NCBI GenBank assembly: GCA_041651155.1
Contig: JBAZJU010000008.1
Coordinates: 1,932 to 65,931, forward strand
Direction of reading: 5' to 3'
DNA from: Patescibacteria group bacterium
GTDB lineage: Bacteria > Patescibacteriota > Patescibacteriia > CAIXNZ01
DNA length: 64,000 nt
In this document: positions 1-10,100 of the stretch, piece by piece
Layout: each line of letters opens with the position of its first letter
How positions within the stretch are numbered: position 1 is the stretch's first letter
The notes under the pieces: model-generated
Seen by the model: the letters and a program-made list of their open reading frames with translations, nothing else
Told to the model about the DNA's origin: nothing
Databases searched by the model: none
Made by a program: the position numbers and the translations under genes

Positions 1-1341
1 AAATTTTAAAATATTTTTCCAGACCCTCAATGCCCAAGCCTTTAAAATCTTCATAACCGCCGCCAATCATGTAAAAAAAGGTATTGACTGACCAGGCAAT
101 TGCTTTATAAACATTAGTTATGCCATGCCCGCCGGCAGCCCAGTCAGGAAAAAACCAGCGGTTATAAAGCCATAAGCCGCCAGTGCTATTAACCGTGGTT
201 TTATCAGTGATAATGCCTTCCTGCAAAGCGCCGGCGGCAATAACCGGCTTTATCGTTGAACCAGACGGATATTCGCCCTTGACTGCCCTATCAAAAAGAG
301 GCTGATTCTCATCATTTAGCAAATTATTATAATCTTGTTCAGAAATGCCTTGGGCAAAAAGGTTAAGATCAAAATCAGGATAGCTTACCAGCGCCAGGAC
401 TTCCCCATTCTGAGGATTTAACATTATGACAGCCCCCTTTTTTTTATTAAGGCTATGCAAATGATTAATTAAAATTTCCCGCACTTTATTTTGCACCTTT
501 TGATCCACGCTTAAAACCAAACTTTTACCATTAACCGGATCCTCATGATAAAGGACTTTGTCCTCATGACCTGCCGCATCAACTTCAATCCCCTCTTGCC
601 CGAATTTTCCCCTTAAAACAGATTCGTAGCTTAATTCCAAACCAGTCTTGCCAATATAATCATTCAAGTTATAGCCATCCTGGCTGTGCTGGTCTAATTC
701 TTTTTCCGTTATTTTTCCTTCGTAGCCCAAGATATGGGCAAAATCAACAGGGCTAAAATATTGCCGCTGGTCCTGAGCATCAATAGATAAGCCCGTAAAT
801 TGAGCTGCTTTAATCTTTAAATCAATGGCTTCTTCATAACTCAGGTTTTCTTTAATTAAAAGCGGATATTTAAAATTTTTTGGATATTTGGCTAAAAGAT
901 CTGCAATTGGCTGGCTGGCAATGTTTAAAATCTGGCTGATACTATTTATCTCTTCCAGTCTTTTATCATTATTTAATGACAAATCTTTGGGTAAAATCAT
1001 GGCGTTGAAAATCGGCAAATTTTTCACTAATGGCTGGTTCTGGCTGTCATAAATCAAGCCTCTGGCCGCCGGCAAGATTTTTTCCCTGGTTCTGTTGGAG
1101 TCAGCCAAAAGCTGGTAATATTGGCCCTTGAAAATTTGCAAATACATTGTCCTGCCTAAAAGAATAAGCAGGCAGGCCATAACCAGATAGGAAAAAAAAT
1201 TTATTTTGTTTTCACTTATAAATTTGCCTAAAAATCCATGGCCAGACTGGCTGATCTTTTCACCCTCTAAATTATCATCAAAAAAATCAGCCTCAATTTC
1301 TTGGGCTCGCCTGTATTCTCTATTAACAAATAAGTCTCTCA
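1..1341 (-). CDS. mrdA: penicillin-binding protein 2 (transpeptidase). The N-terminal part is present; the C-terminus lies beyond the window start
   Basis: Minus-strand translation of 1-1341 reads MRDLFVNREYRRAQEIEADFF...GSTIKPVIAAGAL, containing the SxxK active-site motif (STIK). The ATG at 1341 overlaps the mreD stop. The position downstream of mreBCD is canonical. The ORF runs off the window edge, so it is absent from the ORF track. Confidence 0.75.
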
Positions 1342-1863
1342 TTTTTTTATTAAAAAGACTAAATTTAATTTTTTAATTGTTAATTTGGCAATGACAAAAA
1401 TCAAACTGATCAAAGCCACATTAAGGATATTCTGCCACAAAAAATTTATTAAAAAAATGCTGTCAACTGAGATATAAATTCTAATCATCCCTAATAGATA
1501 GGCCAGATAATTAATTAAGACCAATAAGCAATTGTACAAAAAAGTGGCCATGACAATTAAAATTATATTGGTCAAATATGAAAAATTAATTAAAACATGC
1601 TTATATAAAAAATTAACCAGGCTTATTATTAGTAAAAATATGATTATTAATGAACCGAATGGCAAATATGAATAAAGGCCGGCAATTAAACCGATAATCA
1701 CCGAGAAAATGAAACCCAGATTAAAGCCGGAAATAATGGTGATAAAAACTAAAAAAACCAATAAGATGTTCAGATTCGCAGTATAGCCAAAAACCATTAA
1801 AATGCTTTGCTGAATAAAAACCAAAAATAATGAGATAAATATGTAATAAAGATATTTAATCAT
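1339..1863 (-). CDS. mreD: rod shape-determining protein MreD (polytopic membrane protein)
   Basis: 174-aa, highly hydrophobic multi-TM protein immediately downstream of mreC and translationally coupled to it. The call rests on context plus composition. Confidence 0.55.
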   Translation of the reverse strand: MIKYLYYIFISLFLVFIQQSILMVFGYTANLNILLVFLVFITIISGFNLGFIFSVIIGLIAGLYSYLPFGSLIIIFLLIISLVNFLYKHVLINFSYLTNIILIVMATFLYNCLLVLINYLAYLLGMIRIYISVDSIFLINFLWQNILNVALISLIFVIAKLTIKKLNLVFLIKK

Positions 1864-1878
1864 AGAAATTAAATCTAA

Positions 1879-2688
1879 TTAATAGCTTTTTGGCAAAATT
1901 ACGCTTAAAATAGTAATTTCTTCATAATCAAGCAAAGGGCTGAGCGTCGCACTTTTAAACAATTCGTTTTCCTGGCTGATAATACGGTTTATCTTGCCTA
2001 AGATTAGCCCACGAGGTATGTTTTTTTCTAAGCCTGAAGTAATGAATAAATCACCTTCTTTTATTTCTAAATCTTGAGGAATTAATTCTACTTTTATGCT
2101 TAAGCCGTACTCGCCGATTGCCATGCCCGTTGTTTTATTATTAGCCAGCGTGCTGACGGCCAATTCGCTCATTTTGTCAGTAATCAGTAAAACCGTCGCT
2201 AAATGGTCACTAGCGGCAATGACCTTGCCGACAATAATACCATTATCAACAACTACGGGATAACCCTCGGCAATACCATCCAATTTGCCTTTATCAAGCA
2301 ATAAGGTATTCAAACGATCCTGATCACGGCCAATAACTTTAGCCAGGACAAGATCATAATTCTGGCTGGTTTTAAAATTTAAAGTCGTTCTTAATTTTTC
2401 ATTTTCTGTTTTATAATCATTGAGCTGGGTATTGGCAAAAAGCAGCTCATCATACTGGCGTTTTAATTCAATATTTTCCTTTTTTAAATTTTGCGCTTCC
2501 TGATAATTTATAAACGAATATTTTAATTTGGTCAAAAAGGCATAAGTCTGATGCTGGGACTCATTTAAAATTCCCATGATGAAATTTTCAGGCGCTGCTA
2601 AAATTCTTAAATAATGGAAAAAAATAAGCAGTATGATAACTGCCAAAATATAAATTTTTAGATATTGATTTTTTTTCTTTTCAATCAT
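1879..2688 (-). CDS. mreC: rod shape-determining protein MreC
   Basis: 269 aa with an N-terminal TM, a coiled-coil segment (NLKKENIELKRQYDELLFANTQL) and a C-terminal beta-rich domain. Lies directly downstream of mreB. Confidence 0.75.
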   Translation of the reverse strand: MIEKKKNQYLKIYILAVIILLIFFHYLRILAAPENFIMGILNESQHQTYAFLTKLKYSFINYQEAQNLKKENIELKRQYDELLFANTQLNDYKTENEKLRTTLNFKTSQNYDLVLAKVIGRDQDRLNTLLLDKGKLDGIAEGYPVVVDNGIIVGKVIAASDHLATVLLITDKMSELAVSTLANNKTTGMAIGEYGLSIKVELIPQDLEIKEGDLFITSGLEKNIPRGLILGKINRIISQENELFKSATLSPLLDYEEITILSVILPKSY

Positions 2689-2719
2689 AATTTAAGCTCC
2701 ACGAGCTTAGGCCCGTGGA

Positions 2720-3778
2720 TTACATTTTTGAACTTTGCTCCATGGTTGAAGGCGAGGCAACATTTTTAAGCAAAGGCAGATCATCAAGCAAATAGCCGGT
2801 GCCTCTGACTACAGCAGTTAAGGGATCATCAGCCACAAAAACCGGAATTTGAGTGGCTCGGGAAATGGCAATGTCTAGAGATTTTAAAAGCGCGCCGCCG
2901 CCAGTTAGCAGGATGCCTCTCTCATAAATATCTGCCACTAATTCCGGCGGAGTAATTTCCAGGGTAGCTTTGACATTATCAATAATTATTCTGACAGATT
3001 TTGCCAAGGCTTCCCTGATCTGGCTGTCATTAACAATAATTTCTTTGGGCAGGCCAGTCACCAAATCACGGCCTCTCATCTGGGCTTCAAGGGGCTGCTT
3101 TAATTCTGCGGCTGAACCGATTTTAATTTTAATTTCTTCAGCAACTTTTTCGCCTAAAAGCAAGTTGAATTTGCTGCGCGCATATTGAATAATATTTTTG
3201 TTCATTTCATCACCGGCGATTTTTATAGTTTTCCAGGTCACAACGCCGCCTAAAGAAATTACTGCTATCTCAGAAGTACCGCCGCCAATATCAACAATCA
3301 TATTGCCCAAAGCTTCTTCAATCGGCAAACGGCAACCGATGGCCGCTGCCATTGATTCTTCAACCAGATAAACCTCGCGCGCACCGGCAGAATAAGCCGC
3401 ATCTTCAACTGCTTTTCTTTCCACTTCAGTAATATCCAATGGCACCCCTATAACTACTCTTGGTCGAGGCAGCAAATTAAAGCCTTCAGCATGGATTTTA
3501 TCAATGAAATATTTAAGCATTTTCTCAGTCACTTCAAAATCAGAAATTACGCCGTCAACCAAAGGTTTAATCGCAATAATATGGGCCGGAGTTTTGCCGA
3601 CCATTTTTTTGGCTTCACCGCCCACTGCTAAAATCTGATCAGTTTTAGAATTAATGGCCACGACTGATGGCTCATTAATCACAATCCCCTTATCTTTGAC
3701 ATAAACTAAAGTATTGGCAGTGCCTAAGTCAATGCCAATATCTTTGGAAAATCTGCCTAGAATTCTATCAAAAATCAT
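2720..3778 (-). CDS. mreB: rod shape-determining actin homolog MreB
   Basis: 352 aa, MIFDRILGRFSKDIGIDLGTANTLVYV...; actin/Hsp70 fold phosphate-binding motifs (DLGTANT, DIGGGTSE). Confidence 0.95.
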   Translation of the reverse strand: MIFDRILGRFSKDIGIDLGTANTLVYVKDKGIVINEPSVVAINSKTDQILAVGGEAKKMVGKTPAHIIAIKPLVDGVISDFEVTEKMLKYFIDKIHAEGFNLLPRPRVVIGVPLDITEVERKAVEDAAYSAGAREVYLVEESMAAAIGCRLPIEEALGNMIVDIGGGTSEIAVISLGGVVTWKTIKIAGDEMNKNIIQYARSKFNLLLGEKVAEEIKIKIGSAAELKQPLEAQMRGRDLVTGLPKEIIVNDSQIREALAKSVRIIIDNVKATLEITPPELVADIYERGILLTGGGALLKSLDIAISRATQIPVFVADDPLTAVVRGTGYLLDDLPLLKNVASPSTMEQSSKM

Positions 3779-3780
3779 AA

Positions 3781-3812
3781 TGATACTAATTTACAAATAT
3801 TATACTAATGAT
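3781..3812. promoter_or_regulatory. conserved 24-nt leader motif GATACTAATTTACAAATATTATAC (two ATACTAA repeats; contains TATAAT on the minus strand), immediately upstream of the mreB start
   Basis: 23/24 identical to the copy at 5626-5649, which sits upstream of the 5208..5600-proS operon. Confidence 0.5.
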
Positions 3813-3957
3813 ACAAATAGTTCCCCTGTTTTAATTCCAGATACCTGTCCATTTTACCTTTCTTACCTGTCATCCGACCTGTCTGCCATAGCTTAAGCGG
3901 AGGCAGAAGCTTTAGCGTAGGATGACCCCTTTTACCCTTCTTTCTCTTTTTACTCTT

Positions 3958-5211
3958 TTAAATTAATCCTTTAAGGTATTTTATCAGTTTATCCAGCTTA
4001 ACTATTTCCAGCTTATCAGAATTTCTCGGCTTTATTTCCACGCTTTTAGCTTGCAAAGTTTTTGCGCTTAAAACAAGCCTGAACGGAATACCGATTAAAT
4101 CACTGTCTTTTAATTTAATTCCAGCTGATTCTTCCCTATCATCATATAGCACTTCAAAGCCAGCTTTAACCAGCTCATTATATAACTTGTCCCCATTTTT
4201 TGCAAGTTCCTTTTCTGAACCTAAAGTCAGTAAATGCAGGGCAAAAGGAGCCACTTCTTGGGGCCAAATAATACCCTTATTATCATGATGAATTTCAACT
4301 ATAGTCCCCATAAGTCTGCCCAAACCCATACCATAACAACCCATAGTAATAATAACTTCCTGCCCCTCGCTATTATTTACTTTTAAATCAAAAGGAAGTG
4401 AGTATTTTGTCTTAAGCTTAAAAATATTGCCTGTTTCAATGGCCTTGGCTTCTTTAAAATCTTTAACAGTCAGATTGCAGGTTTCACATTTAGTTATAAC
4501 CTCAATAATTTCTTTATTATAAGCAATTTTACATTTTGGGCAGATATAAATTGTATCTTCACCGGCTGGCGTGACTGTTTGAAATTCATGTGAATATTTT
4601 GAGAATGAAGATCCAGAAGCCAAAGTCAGATATGTTTCTGCTCTAATCCCTGCTCTTTGAAAAATCTTAAAATAAGCATCTTTAGCTTTTTCATAATATT
4701 CATCCAAATCTTTTTCGTCTAAATGGAAAGAATAAAGGTCTTTCATGACAAATTCCCTGCCACGCAAAATGCCGGACTTTGAACGCAATTCCATTCTGAA
4801 TTTATTTTGAAATTGATAAATATAGACCGGTAAATCTTTGTAGGAATTGATGAATTTTTTCATTAATGGCACAACCACTTCTTCATGAGTCGGTCCCAGC
4901 GCAAATTCATGGCCGCTTGAATCTTTAACTTTGTATAAATCATCCATGCTTGACCAACGGCCTGTTTTTTCCCAATTATCTTTAGGATGCAATGAGGGCA
5001 TCACAATTTCCTGGCCGCCAATATTATTCATTTCTTCACGAATAATATTCTCAAGCTTTTTAAAAACTCTTAAGCCCAGTGGCAATAGAGTATAGACGCC
5101 GGCTGCCAATTTATCAATAAAGCCTGCCCTAATTAATAATTGGGCATTAAGGCTTTTTTCCTCCTCCCCTATTTCTTTTTTAGTTTTGGTAAATAAAAAT
5201 GATTGTTTCAT
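3958..5211 (-). CDS. proS: prolyl-tRNA synthetase, short bacterial type without the INS editing domain; carries a CxxC...CxxC insertion
   Basis: 417 aa. Aligns closely to the ProRS N-terminus and class II motifs (LIRAGFIDKLAAGVYTLLPLG, LGPTHEEVVVPL, FRMELRSKSGILRGREFVMKDLYSFH). Contains the insert CPKCK...CETC. Confidence 0.9.
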   Translation of the reverse strand: MKQSFLFTKTKKEIGEEEKSLNAQLLIRAGFIDKLAAGVYTLLPLGLRVFKKLENIIREEMNNIGGQEIVMPSLHPKDNWEKTGRWSSMDDLYKVKDSSGHEFALGPTHEEVVVPLMKKFINSYKDLPVYIYQFQNKFRMELRSKSGILRGREFVMKDLYSFHLDEKDLDEYYEKAKDAYFKIFQRAGIRAETYLTLASGSSFSKYSHEFQTVTPAGEDTIYICPKCKIAYNKEIIEVITKCETCNLTVKDFKEAKAIETGNIFKLKTKYSLPFDLKVNNSEGQEVIITMGCYGMGLGRLMGTIVEIHHDNKGIIWPQEVAPFALHLLTLGSEKELAKNGDKLYNELVKAGFEVLYDDREESAGIKLKDSDLIGIPFRLVLSAKTLQAKSVEIKPRNSDKLEIVKLDKLIKYLKGLI

Positions 5212-5600
5212 ATTTTTATGCTTGGTTTAGATTTATAGCCCATGAAAAATATTTCTAAGATGACAAAGGCCAGAATTAAGAAAAAAATGTTTCTCCAGAT
5301 TAACAAATTAGCGCTTTTTAAAAACAAGCTGATGACTATTAACAAAGAAAACCAAACTGCCTGGCGGAATGAGGTAATAACTTTTCTGAAGATTAAATGC
5401 TCTGAGGTAAAAAATATCCTGGCAATCAGGCCAATTATGGAAAAAATCCCGATTAAAGTCAGCAATAAGCTGAAATAAAACAAAATTAATGCTAACAGAT
5501 TGGCCTTTGTCGGATCAAAAAAATAAACTACTGCTAAAAAAGCAAAAAAGCAGGCAATGGTGCATAAAAGCATTAAAATAATATAAGATCTTAATGTCAT
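5208..5600 (-). CDS. small polytopic membrane protein, function unknown
   Basis: 130 aa, about 4 predicted TM helices. Its stop overlaps the proS start, so it is probably co-transcribed with proS. Confidence 0.45.
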   Translation of the reverse strand: MTLRSYIILMLLCTIACFFAFLAVVYFFDPTKANLLALILFYFSLLLTLIGIFSIIGLIARIFFTSEHLIFRKVITSFRQAVWFSLLIVISLFLKSANLLIWRNIFFLILAFVILEIFFMGYKSKPSIKI

Positions 5601-5610
5601 AATTATGACT

Positions 5611-5696
5611 TAGTATATTAAGTAGGGATACTAATTTACGAATATTATACGAATAATACTAATTGGAACCGTATGAAAATTTGAGAACTATTAGTA
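5611..5696. promoter_or_regulatory. cluster of four ATACTAA/TTAGTAT heptamers including the 24-nt conserved leader motif, upstream of the membrane-protein-proS operon
   Basis: ttagtat (5612), atactaa (5626), atactaa (5654), ttagtat (5690). Read directly from the sequence. Confidence 0.5.
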
Positions 5697-5702
5697 TATT
5701 TT

Positions 5703-5744
5703 GCCTGCCTGCCCTGCCTACCGGCAGGCAGGCGGCAGGCAGGT
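5703..5744. other. GC-rich imperfect palindrome (gcctgcctgccctgcctaccggcaggcaggcggcaggcagg) in an otherwise AT-rich 390-bp intergenic region
   Basis: Read directly from the sequence. GTAG is present in the loop on the minus strand. Confidence 0.5.
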
Positions 5745-5987
5745 ATTGAATTCGTACATTAGTATCCAAATATAGATAATGGCGTTTTACCAAATTTAGG
5801 CAAATACGGCACTAAAACAAAAAAACGCTAAGAACAAGTTAGCTTAATTTTAGCAAATTTATATAAATTTAGCAATTGCCAAAATGGCCCAAGAACATTA
5901 TTTAAATACCTTAATTTTCTTAAATTAACTAAATAAAAAACACCACGCAACGCGTGACGTTTTTGCAATAAAATCAATTTATACAAA

Positions 5988-6413
5988 TTAGCTTTGGCTA
6001 GCTTGCATCTTCTGCACTTTAATCTCCAGATCCGCTAATTGCTTTTTCATAATTTCAATATCGCGATAAGCAGCTGAGATATCCTCGCCTTCAAACGTTT
6101 CTATATTATCTAGCCTTTCTTTAATTTCTTTTAATTCAAGCCTAATATCAGCCAATTCCTGTTTAATTGGAACCAATAGATCTTCAAACGTAGATAGAAC
6201 TCTTATTTCCATTTGTTTTAAGTCTTCTTTAGTCGCAAAACGGTCCAAGTCTTCTTTGGTCGCAAAACGGTCCAAATCTTCTTTGTTAGCAAAACCATCC
6301 AAATCTTCTTTGGTCGCAAAACGGTCCAAATCTTCTTTGTTAGCGGCATTGTCTTTAATAAAAGTTACAATGTCTAATATATCTTTTATATTTTGTTCCT
6401 GGCTATTGTCCAT
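5988..6413 (-). CDS. coiled-coil protein with five tandem 9-aa repeats (ATKEDLDRF)
   Basis: 141 aa. Carries a 27-bp tandem repeat at nucleotide level, with a heptad-rich C-terminal half. Confidence 0.5.
   Translation of the reverse strand: MDNSQEQNIKDILDIVTFIKDNAANKEDLDRFATKEDLDGFANKEDLDRFATKEDLDRFATKEDLKQMEIRVLSTFEDLLVPIKQELADIRLELKEIKERLDNIETFEGEDISAAYRDIEIMKKQLADLEIKVQKMQASQS
6222..6356. repeat. 27-bp tandem repeat, about 5 copies, inside the coiled-coil protein gene
   Basis: Unit t[ca]gcaaaac[gc][ga]tccaa[ag]tcttctttg[gt] is repeated head to tail and encodes KEDLDRFAT repeats. Confidence 0.8.
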
Positions 6414-6512
6414 AAAATTTATTTTTCTTTATACTAACAGTATACGATTTAATTATTTAATAGTCAAAATTGCGCAAATCACTATAAATAATTTGCTATG
6501 TTAAATTAACCG

Positions 6513-6803
6513 CTATATTACCAGCCTGATATCCTTGATAAAATCTGGGCTAAACTTGGCGTTTATTTTCTCAAGGATTTCTGCTTTTCTAAAATTCATT
6601 TCCTGGGCCATCACAGAACTTAAGCAAGCCACTGTCAGGATATTATTTTTAATATATAATGGTTTAATTTTTTTACCAAGATTAGAGCCGAATATTTTAA
6701 TAATAATCTCTTTAAATTCTTCAATTATTAAAGAGGTTTTAACCTGTTGGCTAAAACCTTGCTGAGTAATCCGTTTAGATAAAAATTTACTTATGTGTTC
6801 CAT
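6513..6803 (-). CDS. DUF721/DciA-like small protein
   Basis: 96 aa. The pattern KPLYIKNNILTVACLSSVMAQEMNFRKAEILEKIN resembles the DUF721 family signature (G.L.V.V.SS.WAQEL...IL.KIN). This is a weak, motif-only call. Confidence 0.4.
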   Translation of the reverse strand: MEHISKFLSKRITQQGFSQQVKTSLIIEEFKEIIIKIFGSNLGKKIKPLYIKNNILTVACLSSVMAQEMNFRKAEILEKINAKFSPDFIKDIRLVI

Positions 6804-6905
6804 AAGCTTGCTTGTAAAACAATAGTAATAGATTGTAATACAATTGTCTTACAATTTATTACCATATCTTACAACAATAAAACAAATAAAAAGCCTAAAA
6901 ACGAT

Positions 6906-7115
6906 TTATTTAATATTTGTTTTTAGCTGACCCAGGACTGTATTAATTGCCTGCGCAATTGCTAAATCATCTGCTTTTAATTTTTCAACTTCTTTTTGCA
7001 AAGACATGTTGTTTATAAATAAAAAAACATTGCTCAAAACCAAAGCGCCTAAAATAAAAATTATTAGAACTTGAAGCCAGTCTATTCTATTTCCCTCTTT
7101 ATTAATTAATTTCAT
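6906..7115 (-). CDS. small TM plus coiled-coil protein (FtsB/DivIC-like architecture)
   Basis: 69 aa with one TM followed by a coiled coil (LQKEVEKLKADDLAIAQ). Architecture only. Confidence 0.3.
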   Translation of the reverse strand: MKLINKEGNRIDWLQVLIIFILGALVLSNVFLFINNMSLQKEVEKLKADDLAIAQAINTVLGQLKTNIK

Positions 7116-7162
7116 AATTTTCTAATTAGTAGATTAGTAATAAATTAGCTGATTAGTAACCT

Positions 7163-10100
7163 TTATTTTTCATAGACCACAAAAATCGTTATCACATCCC
7201 CTTCTGTCCAGGTACCGCCCAATTTATCCACTCTGATAGCCGAGCCGTCATATTCAATCCTGTTTTCCGTATTAGTACTCCAAAAATCCTGATCGCCATA
7301 AACATTGCCGCTGACCACATAATGAACGCCATGCAAACTGGCAATTTTGTCTTTTGTGGCTTTTGCCCATGATTCTGAAAAATATGTATTTGTAACATCA
7401 TCGCTGGTTATTGTATGCCTGATTAGATCAGAAGCTAAAAATTCGTTGTCATTTGTCTTTAAATAATTTGAGGCTAAATCTCCTGTTGTTTTTAAACTTT
7501 GATCAAAAATGAATTGCGTATTAGTGGCATCCCAGATTAAATTGCCATAGTTGCTGCCCATATTGCCAAAAGATATCAAATTATAAATAGTATCGCTGCC
7601 TGAAACAGAAGAAGCCGCATTCCAAATTTTTAGAGGGTAAGTTGTGTTATTATTACTGTTAAAAAGTCCGGCAATAATTCCGTCACCGCTAGTATAATTG
7701 TTTAAAACTAATAATGAAGCCAGGCCTGAAATACCGCCTCTGCTGTTTATAACCATCTTATCAGGGTTGTCTGTTGCTCTGGCAATAATGTCTCCTAAAT
7801 TTAAAAGCTGGCTTTTATAAATAACTAGACTGTCCAAAATGCCTTTATAAAAATTACCGGACGAATCTTTGCCAATGTATAAATCAGCCGCATTATCCAG
7901 ACTGCCGGTTACACTGGTAATATTTTGGATGTATGTTAATGAACCATCATAAGCCATAGTGACATTACTGGAACGATCAAAGGCAATTAAAACATGATGC
8001 CACTTGCCATCATTTAAAGCATATCCGCCTGCTACATTTGTGCTATAAGTATTGGTGCCATCTCCGATAAAAAAACCGATTTTATTATTAGAATCAAAAT
8101 AAACTTCATAGCCGGCATCCCCGCTTCTTTTGGAAATAATCCTTTTATTTGTCTGGTCACTTGAATCTGCTTTGAGATAAAATTCCAGAGAAAAATTATC
8201 AGTGCCCATATTTAAATTAGCGCTGTCTGTCAAAGTCAGATAATCTGAAAGTCCGTTAAATCCCAAACCATAGCCATAATATCCTTTTTGCCAGGTTGTG
8301 CCTGTAATCGTAGGATCATCAGCCAGGGTAATATTTGAGGTAGTTGTCCCCTGCCCTTCGGCAAAGGCCAGGCCGACTGCCTTGCTATCATTGCTAAAAT
8401 AAACCGGATCTGCCTTATCTTTTTCATTAGTACTGGCTGGCAAGCCGATTAAACTGCCGACAGGCGAAGAAATATTGCCATCGCTCAAATTATTAGCCAC
8501 ATAAAGATTTTCAAATGCAGAATTAAAATGATTTTTGACTTCTGCAGGCGTTAAAACATCATCATAAATAGCGACACTATCAATTTCACCATCAAGTGAA
8601 GTATTTGGGCTGCCTGCTGAACCAAGATAGAATTTATCAAACCTGCTTATGTCTAAATTTGAATATGCAGTACTTAAGGCAAATTGCCCGTCACCATAAA
8701 AAGATACATTCCCTGAATCCCAGGCAATTACAACATAATGCCAGCTAGTATCCGGGATACTGCCCAGAGGAATCTTTGTGTCTCCTACCTTGAAATACAT
8801 ATCGCTCTGATTTTCTTTGGCAAACACAATTTCATTGGAAGTGCTTTCCGCCAGTCTAAAAGCATAATTATCAGCTGAGGCGGTTATATCATTAAATTTT
8901 ACCCAAAACTCAATTGAACCCTGAGTTGATGATAAGCCGGGATCTGCAAAAGACACTGAATCGCCATCAGCGCCAAATTTCATGCCATAGCCAATATAGC
9001 CTGAATTTGTCCAGTCAGCATTGCCATTGACAGTACCATTGGCATTGCCAGCCAGATCCGTGACAGTGGAACCGACAGAATCAGAAAAATCATAGGCTAA
9101 TTTTTTATTTTCATCACTATAATGCGTGTAATCCTGCGAATTTGCGCGATTTGCTAAATAAGGCATTTGATTCGGCAGATAAGTTTCAGCGCTGAATTTA
9201 ATACGCTGATAAAAATTATCCCAGGCCAGATAGCCCTCGCCTGTATTTTCATCATCGCTAGATTCAAGATAAATTGTGTGGGTTGTAATTTTGTTGCTAT
9301 GGATATTTTGCCTATTGTCATCTGCATATATTCTTTTTATTTCATCCGGGCTTAAAGCTCTATTAAAAACTTTAACTTCATCAAATTGTCCCCTGGCATA
9401 ATTGGCCGCATAATTGCCGATATTAAATGCGCCGGTCAAATTTTCCATGCCAGCATATGATGAGCTGTTGCTTTCATTGACAGTATCATCAACTTCTATT
9501 CCATTAATATATAATTTTATTCCGGCCGATGTTTTTGAACTATCATAAGTCGCAATCACATTAGCCCACTCCCCTTCATAGCTTGTTAAGGCGGTATTAA
9601 ACATTCTACCCAAATAAGTATTGGTCTGGCTTTGATCAATCAGCTGCAGATTAATCTTATCATCAGCATTAATATAAAATTTATATTCGTCATCAGCAGA
9701 ACCTGTGCCTTTGCTGGCAATTATAAAATTAGTGGCTTCATCCATTTTTATCCAGGCTGACAATGTGAAAGCCGAATCATCTGTGCCATTGCCAAAGCTT
9801 AATTTATCATCATCAGCTACTGAAAAATATTGATTAAGACCATCAAGAGTCAAAACATCATTAGCAGCACTGGCGCTGTTTTCCAATGTTCCAGTTAAAC
9901 CATTGGGGCTGCTATCATCTGAATTCCCATTAAAGCCATAATCTGCGACCAAAGAACTATCTATAATTTTTGGCACGCTCAAATTTCCGGTCATTTCACC
10001 GCCTTCAATCTGAACAAAATCTGCAGATCCCTTGCCATTCAATTTGTCAGCATTCATGGCATAAGGCGTAGCTGTAAATCTTTTTCTGGGCAAAAATACT

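Noticed and set aside
2970-3188. Plus-strand 72-aa ORF inside mreB, and similar antisense ORFs (3714..3896, 5242..5478, 6256..6504, 6535..6765, 9167..9355, 10274..10480, 13163..13444, 14505..14789, 15796..16125, 23089..23340, 23786..24091, 36590..36778, 45146..45571, 60097..60678, 61842..62189, 62251..62559)
   Set aside because: All lie entirely within well-supported minus-strand genes, have no RBS, and have low-complexity translations. They are shadow ORFs of the real CDS.
5600-5990. Possible tRNA or other stable RNA gene in the 390-bp intergenic region (and in 3779-3957)
   Set aside because: No T-loop (GTTCRANYC) or cloverleaf arrangement found by eye. The GC palindrome is a simple hairpin. 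Left as regulatory or unknown rather than called as an RNA gene.
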